NCBI GenBank assembly: GCA_019058365.1
Contig: JAHPZE010000021.1
Span: 12,100-76,099, forward strand
Direction: 5' to 3'
DNA: 64,000 nucleotides
From: Promethearchaeota archaeon
GTDB lineage: Archaea; Asgardarchaeota; Lokiarchaeia; Sigyniarchaeales; SOKP01
Of the stretch, positions 57,629 through 64,000 are shown piece by piece; position 1 is the first letter of the stretch; every line of letters begins with the position of its first letter. A program made the position numbers and the translations under genes. A model generated the notes under the pieces. It had not been told where the DNA came from. It searched no databases and worked only from the letters and a program-made list of their open reading frames with translations.

Positions 57629-57769
57629 GAAAAAAATATGAGATTTAACATGATATATATCATTAGCTAGTTCAATTTTAATAGTCTAAACTTTCTATTT
57701 AGAAAAATTTAAGAAATTTCAAACACTTTCAAAATCAAAAAAAATTTTACATTATTCTTAAATTTTGGT

Positions 57770-58756
57770 ATGGAAGAATTAGTTTCTGTAATAATAGTGA
57801 ATTATAATAATTATCAATATACTATTGAATGTTTAAAATCACTAGTAAATCAATCTTATAAAAATTTTGAAGTTTTGCTTGTTGATAATGGTTCAAAATA
57901 TTATATGTTTCTAAAATTGAAGGAAGAATTAAATCAATTTAAAGATGTATTGAAAATAAATTTAATTCGGAGCAATAAAAATTTGTTTTTTGGGGCAGGG
58001 AATAATAAAGCAATTAGAATGGCAAATGGAGAATATATTTGTTTATTAAATAACGATACAGAAGTTTTGTCTGACTTTATAGAAAAAATGGTTGAATTTT
58101 TAGAAAGACATCCTAATGCTTGCATGATATCACCAAAAATCAAGTTATTCCCAAAAAAACAATATATTTGGAATGCCGGCAATCGAATTAATTTCAAAAA
58201 TGCCGCTATTGGTATAAATAGAGGATATTTAGAATTGGATCCACATGATCTAAAATATTCAGAAGTAGAACTCAATGATTTTGCTGCTGGAACAGCACTT
58301 TTTGTTAAAAAAGAATATCTTGAAAAAATTGGGTTAATTGACGAAATTTATTTTATGTATTGGGAAGATCCAGATTGGAATTTTAGAGCGAAGGCGCTTG
58401 GATATGAAAGTTTTTATGTCCCTACAACAATTGTATATCACAAGATCCCAATACTTGATGATATAAGTTTTAAAAGACAAATATTTAATGATTATTTCTT
58501 TAAAAGAAATAAACAAATTATTGTATGGAAATTTGCCACAATAAAGGAATTAATTGTTTTTTATTTAAATTTCACTCAGGGTACCTTTTTAGAAGTTATT
58601 AAAAAATTATGGTATAGAGCATTTCCATATTTGATTATAAATATTAAATCAATTTGGCATGGTTTTAGAATTGGTTTAAAGAGAAGAACCCATCGATCTT
58701 GTAGAAAATATCTTATTAAAGATTACTTTTATGTTAAAAAACTTCAAAATTTTTAA
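57770..58756 (+). CDS. GT2 (rhamnosyltransferase-like), paralog 1 of 3
   Basis: VDNGS, GAGNN, LLNND, YFMYWEDPDW. Confidence 0.92.
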   Translation: MEELVSVIIVNYNNYQYTIECLKSLVNQSYKNFEVLLVDNGSKYYMFLKLKEELNQFKDVLKINLIRSNKNLFFGAGNNKAIRMANGEYICLLNNDTEVLSDFIEKMVEFLERHPNACMISPKIKLFPKKQYIWNAGNRINFKNAAIGINRGYLELDPHDLKYSEVELNDFAAGTALFVKKEYLEKIGLIDEIYFMYWEDPDWNFRAKALGYESFYVPTTIVYHKIPILDDISFKRQIFNDYFFKRNKQIIVWKFATIKELIVFYLNFTQGTFLEVIKKLWYRAFPYLIINIKSIWHGFRIGLKRRTHRSCRKYLIKDYFYVKKLQNF

Positions 58757-58867
58757 TTTAGCAATTAATTTTCTTATAAAATTTTTCCCTTATATAAAAT
58801 ATTATCAGTAGCTATTCATGGAGATATGTTATCTAATATTTGGGAATGATTTTCAAGGTATATTGTA

Positions 58868-60421
58868 TTAAACTTTTATGTTTTTCAAAGCTTTTTTAAT
58901 TATAGACTCTTCCTTTTTAGTTAAAATTTGAGCTAAATATTTCGGATTCTTTATACTTTTTAGGTGTTCTTCTAAAAATATTTTCATATTCTTATATTCT
59001 TCATGGTTTTCCGAAATTATATTTACTTCTTCGTAAGGATCCTTAATTAGATCATAAAATTCTTCAATTTTATCTTCATATGAAACATATTTAAATGACT
59101 TAGATCTCACAAAATAACAATCGTAAAATAATTTAGGGATTAAAAGAGGTTGAATATATCTTTTGAAAGTTTTTATAAGACTCAATATTTCTTTTTTCGG
59201 TTTTAAATTTTCTCCAAATATATATTTAGGAGTTGATATATGGTTGATCTGATGAATTATTGATTTTTGAAGGTTTAAAGATTTATCTTCTTCATTAGGC
59301 AATCCTATTAAGTGAAGTATTGTATAGAATAAATCTTTTAACTCCACTTGATCGTCTATGATTTGATGATTTAATTTGGGATTATATATTATAAGTGGGA
59401 CTTTTATTAGCGAATCCAATACGCTTTGAAAAACCCCATGTCCATACAAATTATGATCAAGGTGGGAACAAAGATGTTCGCCGTGATCAGAAGTAATAAT
59501 AATATATGAATTCTCTAATAATCTAAATTTTTTTAAACTCAAAATTAATTCTTCAATAATTAAGTCACAATAATAAACACATGAATCATAAAGTTTCTCT
59601 AACGCTTGTATTTGTTTCTTATTTAAAAATTTAGATCCGTAGTTAATTCTGTTAAAATAGATTTCGGAATTTAAGAGAAAATGTTTTAAAACTTTAATAT
59701 CTTTAGATGTGATATTAAGATAATTTAATGCTTCTTTAACAGGCGTATATGGACTATGAGTCGCCATTATATTAAAAAAGAGATAAAGTGGTTTTTCATT
59801 TAGGTTGTTCTGTAAGAAATTGTCGAATTTTTCAAAAATCTTAATAGTATTTTTATACTCGCATAAAAATTTTTTCCAAAATATAGTCCTTAAGATTCTT
59901 TTATTAATATTTATAATTCCTCGATAAAATCTTTTCCATAGATCTAAAAATTGCTCAGATTTTATTTTTTTAAAAATATATCGATTGAAAAAATTCATCA
60001 ATAAATTCATGGAGTTTAAAGTTTTATTATTGTTTAAATTGAAAAAAGATAAGCCATAATTATAAAGTGTCTTATGAAATCCTCTAGTTACTCTAAAGTA
60101 TCTATTAACCCAAGGATTTTCGGTATAACAAATTGTATAATATCCTTTATCCTTTAGTATTTCTGTTAATACAGGAATTTTCTCGCTTAATCTATCAAGA
60201 TATTTACCAGTTAATTTAATCTGAGTAGGATATAACCCTGTAAACATAGATAAGTGAGATGGTAATGTCCATGTACTATTTGAAATACAATTTTTAAAAT
60301 ATAATGAATTACTTAGTAATTTTTTAATATATGGAGTTAATAATTTACCATCATGGGTAGCATTTATTCTATCTGCTCTTAATGCGTCTAATACAATGAA
60401 GATGATATTTGGAGGTGTCAG
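58868..60421 (-). CDS. Sulfatase-like alkaline phosphatase superfamily protein with Thr nucleophile (CTG start, 517 aa)
   Basis: Extension upstream of ATG 60247 reads LTPPNIIFIVLDALRAD...WTLPSHLSMFTGLYP; also THSPY, TSDHGE, YGHG, VPLII, EFYDL..DP.E. Confidence 0.88.
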   Translation of the reverse strand: MTPPNIIFIVLDALRADRINATHDGKLLTPYIKKLLSNSLYFKNCISNSTWTLPSHLSMFTGLYPTQIKLTGKYLDRLSEKIPVLTEILKDKGYYTICYTENPWVNRYFRVTRGFHKTLYNYGLSFFNLNNNKTLNSMNLLMNFFNRYIFKKIKSEQFLDLWKRFYRGIININKRILRTIFWKKFLCEYKNTIKIFEKFDNFLQNNLNEKPLYLFFNIMATHSPYTPVKEALNYLNITSKDIKVLKHFLLNSEIYFNRINYGSKFLNKKQIQALEKLYDSCVYYCDLIIEELILSLKKFRLLENSYIIITSDHGEHLCSHLDHNLYGHGVFQSVLDSLIKVPLIIYNPKLNHQIIDDQVELKDLFYTILHLIGLPNEEDKSLNLQKSIIHQINHISTPKYIFGENLKPKKEILSLIKTFKRYIQPLLIPKLFYDCYFVRSKSFKYVSYEDKIEEFYDLIKDPYEEVNIISENHEEYKNMKIFLEEHLKSIKNPKYLAQILTKKEESIIKKALKNIKV

Positions 60422-60648
60422 TTTAAAAAATCAACACATTGATTCTTGAAATTTATTCTATTATTTAATTTAACTTTTTTAAAAAAATTTGTGATTTATA
60501 TATTAAAACTAAAGAAGTTTTCGTTATTATTGGTTAATAGAGTCAATCTTTTTTCGATTTTTTCCATTAGATTTCTACATAATTGTTAATTTAATTAAAA
60601 TATTAATAAATTATATTTTCTAATTATTTCAATATTAAATTGAAATAA

Positions 60649-61542
60649 TTACGCCTCTATTTTTTGGGATCTTCCAACACATAAGATACTAGCAGTAGCA
60701 ATCCATGGAGAGATATGCTCTAGGGTTCTTGCAATCAATTTTCCGATAAAGTTAAGTTTAAAATTCACACTATTTTGAGTTTTTAAGAAAGGAAAATCGA
60801 CTCCTAATCCAATACTATGATTATAAGAATCATGAAAATCGTGAGGTACTGTTTTTATCACTTTAAAATTTGATTGTTTTAAAAAAGATTGTAATTCATT
60901 TATAGTATATCTATATTCAAGAAAATGATAATATTTCTTCTTATTTTTTATCTTCTTTTTAATTTTTTTGGATTTCTTATTATAGTTTCTTTGTTTATTT
61001 AGTTTAAATTTGAAATCTCTAAATAAAATATACAGTTTAATAATAACATTTTGGATCGGTTGAATTATGATTTTTCTTATAATATTTACTGTTGGGGTAG
61101 ATATAAAAATTAAACTATTTGGCTTTAATACTCTATAAGCTTCTTTTAAAGCAAGAAAAGGCCCTTCTTCAAAATGTTCTATAACTCCCATAGAAATATA
61201 GGCATCAAAATAGTTATCTGGATATTTAAGATTCAAAATATCTCCAAACTCGACTTGTAAGGAATCATCAAAATTTTTTAATTCTTTAATTGCTAATTCA
61301 TTGTTATCTATACCTGTAATATTATAGCCTAATCTTGTAAGATATATAACCCATTTACCGAATCCACATCCTGCATCTAAAATTTTACCTTTTTTAGGAA
61401 GATAAGAAAGAAACATCACTCTCGGTGCTGTTTCTATTTCACATGCTTTTAATTCTTGCTTGATAGTCCTATTTGACCACATATGATCCCATAAATTCCT
61501 TTTAGGATTTTTATCAAAATAAAATAATTTTCTCATAAACAA
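60649..61542 (-). CDS. Class I SAM-dependent methyltransferase
   Basis: ILDAGCGFG, GIDN, GVIEHF, RVLKP. Confidence 0.9.
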   Translation of the reverse strand: MFMRKLFYFDKNPKRNLWDHMWSNRTIKQELKACEIETAPRVMFLSYLPKKGKILDAGCGFGKWVIYLTRLGYNITGIDNNELAIKELKNFDDSLQVEFGDILNLKYPDNYFDAYISMGVIEHFEEGPFLALKEAYRVLKPNSLIFISTPTVNIIRKIIIQPIQNVIIKLYILFRDFKFKLNKQRNYNKKSKKIKKKIKNKKKYYHFLEYRYTINELQSFLKQSNFKVIKTVPHDFHDSYNHSIGLGVDFPFLKTQNSVNFKLNFIGKLIARTLEHISPWIATASILCVGRSQKIEA

Positions 61543-61660
61543 TCAATTGAACTATAAACTCAATTATATCAATTAGATTCTATCCTGAAGTTTTTTCCAA
61601 GGATAATATTAACTTTTTTCTAATCAATATAATGATGTTAATATCTCTTTAATCTGCTAA

Positions 61661-61697
61661 TATTGATTAAAAAATGTTATTAGATATTAATTTTATT
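61661..61697. promoter_or_regulatory. Conserved 37-bp upstream element, copy 2 (starts 178 nt before the GT2 ATG)
   Basis: tattgattaaaaaatgttattagatattaattttatt. Confidence 0.55.
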
Positions 61698-61838
61698 CAA
61701 TTTTTTTTAAAAAATAGCAAACTATTGGGATTCTTTTAAATTATTGTAATTATTGATTTTATTTAATCAGAAATATTTAAGACATTTTAAATCCTTTTAA
61801 AAACAATAAAAATCTAATCGAATTACTGAATTAATGTC

Positions 61839-62819
61839 ATGGAAAATTTAGTTTCTGTAATAATAGTAAATTTTAATAATTATCAATACACTATTGAGTG
61901 TTTAAAATCATTAGAAAAACAAACCTATAATAATTTTGAAATTTTACTTGTCGATAATGGTTCAAAATATAGCCTCTTTCTGAAATTAAAAGAGAAATTA
62001 GATCAGTTTAATAATTATTTAAAAATAATCTTAATTCGGAGTAACAAAAATTTATATTTCGGAGCAGGGAATAATAAAGCTATTAAAATGGCAAATGGAG
62101 AATATATATGCTTACTAAATAATGATGTAATTGTAGAAAAAACTTTTATAGAAAAGATGGTAAATTTTTTAGAAAAACATCTCGATGCAGGTATGATTAC
62201 ACCGAAAATTAAATTTTACGAAGATAAACGATTTTTATGGAATGCAGGAGCATTTATTAATTTTAAAACAACGAAAATAGTTGAAAATCGTGGATTTTTA
62301 GAATATGATCCAAAAAATCAAAAATATAATAAGATTGAAATTATAGATTTTGCTCCAGGAACTGCGGTTTTTGTAAATAAGAAAGTAATAGATAAAATTG
62401 GTTTAATGGATGAAATTTTTTTTATGTATCATGAAGATCCCGATTGGAATTTACGAGCTCAAATGCAAGGGTATAAATCCTACTATGTTCCGACAACAAC
62501 AGTATATCATAACGTTCCTATTGATATTAAAAAAAGAGGTTCTTTATTTACTTATTACTTTTTCAAAAGAAATTCTCAAATAATCATTTGGAAATATGCG
62601 AAATTGAGAGAGATATTAATTTTCTATTTTTGGTTTTCATATATAAATATTTATGATACTCTCTATTATACGGTTAGAAGACACAAAAAATTACAAATAA
62701 TACTATTTAAGTCTATTTGGCATGGTTTTAGAATAGGAATTAAAAGAAGAACAAATCGAAGTTGTAGAAAATATCTTCTAAACGATTATTATTTTGCTAA
62801 ACTGATTCAAAATCTATAA
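61839..62819 (+). CDS. GT2, paralog 2 of 3
   Basis: Collinear and highly similar to 57770-58756; FFMYHEDPDW. Confidence 0.92.
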   Translation: MENLVSVIIVNFNNYQYTIECLKSLEKQTYNNFEILLVDNGSKYSLFLKLKEKLDQFNNYLKIILIRSNKNLYFGAGNNKAIKMANGEYICLLNNDVIVEKTFIEKMVNFLEKHLDAGMITPKIKFYEDKRFLWNAGAFINFKTTKIVENRGFLEYDPKNQKYNKIEIIDFAPGTAVFVNKKVIDKIGLMDEIFFMYHEDPDWNLRAQMQGYKSYYVPTTTVYHNVPIDIKKRGSLFTYYFFKRNSQIIIWKYAKLREILIFYFWFSYINIYDTLYYTVRRHKKLQIILFKSIWHGFRIGIKRRTNRSCRKYLLNDYYFAKLIQNL

Positions 62820-62934
62820 TTTACTGCTTCTATTAAATATTTGATGAATTCTTTCATCTTGAGTAAATTTAATATATTTTGATAATTTTTAAAAAATACC
62901 CATTTAATACATCTTTTATATAGGGCTAATTTTT

Positions 62935-63915
62935 ATGGAAAAATTAGTATCTATTATAATTTTAAATTATAATCAATATCACTACACATTAGATTGTTTG
63001 AGGTCTTTACAAAATCAAACATATTACAATTTTGAAATATATATTTTAGACAATGGTTCTAAATATAATTTATATTCAAATTTTAAAAAAGAACTTGAAG
63101 AATTCAAAAGTTTCTTGAAAATTAAGTTGATTAGAAGCAATATTAACTTATATTTTGTTGCTGGTAATAATAAAATTATAAAAATGGTTAATGGAGATTA
63201 TATCTGTTTATTAAATTATGATGTGATTGTTAATCCTGATTTTATAGAAAAAATGGTAGCTTTTCTAGAGACTCATCCTGATGCTGGAATGATTACACCT
63301 AAAATTAAGGTATATAAAGATAAAAATATTCTATGGAATACCGGAGCGTTTCTGAACTTCAGATCAGCCATAATTATTGGCAATCGTGGTTATTTAGAGT
63401 ATGATCCGCTAAATAAAAAGTATAATAAGATTGAAACTATTGGGTTTACTCCTGGAACAGCGGTTTTTATAAATAAAAAAGTCGTTGAAGACATAGGGTT
63501 AATGGATGAAATTTTTTTTATGTATCATGAAGATCCTGATTGGAATTTAAGAGCTCAAATGAAAAGTTATAAAAGTTATTATGTTCCAACAACAACAGTA
63601 TACCACAATATAAAACGAACTATGAATGAGAAAAGAATGATATTTAATCATTATTTCTTTACAAGAAATTCCCAAATTCTAGTGTGGAAACACGCAAAAT
63701 TCACAGATATTATGATATTTTATTATATTTTCTGGATTATGAATTTGGGCATAATTATTTCATATTTCATATCAAAAAAATTTAATTATATAATTATAAG
63801 GTTTAATTCTATTTGGCAAGGTTTTAGAATAGGCCTTAAGAGAAGAACCAATCGATCTTGTAGGAAATATATGATTTCTGATTTTAATTATATTAAAAAA
63901 ATCCAAAAATTTTGA
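62935..63915 (+). CDS. GT2, paralog 3 of 3
   Basis: Collinear with 61839-62819; LLNYD replaces LLNND; FFMYHEDPDW. Confidence 0.92.
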   Translation: MEKLVSIIILNYNQYHYTLDCLRSLQNQTYYNFEIYILDNGSKYNLYSNFKKELEEFKSFLKIKLIRSNINLYFVAGNNKIIKMVNGDYICLLNYDVIVNPDFIEKMVAFLETHPDAGMITPKIKVYKDKNILWNTGAFLNFRSAIIIGNRGYLEYDPLNKKYNKIETIGFTPGTAVFINKKVVEDIGLMDEIFFMYHEDPDWNLRAQMKSYKSYYVPTTTVYHNIKRTMNEKRMIFNHYFFTRNSQILVWKHAKFTDIMIFYYIFWIMNLGIIISYFISKKFNYIIIRFNSIWQGFRIGLKRRTNRSCRKYMISDFNYIKKIQKF

Positions 63916-64000
63916 AAATTTTTAGATGGTAAAATTTCTTTTCTCTTTCAGTATTTAATGATTTATTTTTTTTTCTTTTATTTTTTCTTTCTTTTTATCC

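Noticed and set aside
63955-64000. T-rich tract at the window end (terminator, or Lys-rich C-terminus DKKKEKIKEKKINH* of a minus-strand gene)
   Set aside because: Cannot be distinguished without the downstream sequence.
1-64000. CRISPR arrays, tRNA/rRNA, IS elements, integrases
   Set aside because: No spaced direct repeats, GC-rich structured RNA segments or transposase/integrase motifs were seen by eye; a covariance-model scan was not possible.

Overview
Very AT-rich archaeal DNA, most likely from an Asgard archaeon of the Lokiarchaeia/Promethearchaeota type (inferred from a Rab-like GTPase, a longin-GTPase fusion, a roadblock protein, and archaeal GGTGA-like ribosome-binding motifs). Positions 1-11.4 kb hold housekeeping and eukaryotic-signature genes. 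These are a long helical-repeat protein missed by the ORF track (minus strand, runs off the left edge), a RACo/ASKHA corrinoid activator, a Rab-like GTPase, aspartate kinase, a PHP hydrolase, an MFS remnant, a roadblock + longin-GTPase-polyproline-coiled-coil gene pair, and UPF0280. From about 11.4 kb to the end is a glycosylation island of more than 52 kb. It contains 14 GT2/GT4 genes, three large GT-C-like membrane proteins without the AglB WWDYG motif, two Wzx flippases, an ABC-2 exporter and nucleotide-sugar enzymes (wecB, rmlA/C/D, several SDR epimerases). It also carries three methyltransferases, two radical SAM enzymes, two alkaline-phosphatase-superfamily proteins and decayed epimerase copies. 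Highlights are (i) a GT4-phosphodiesterase-UDP-sulfoquinovose synthase-thioredoxin operon whose synthase has an extra Cys-rich N-terminal domain; (ii) the roadblock/longin-GTPase module with a TSG101-like tail layout; (iii) several genes that appear to need ATT, ATA or CTG start codons; (iv) the paralogous GT-C family. No rRNA, tRNA, CRISPR array or IS element was recognised. All family calls come from reading motifs by eye; no database searches were run.
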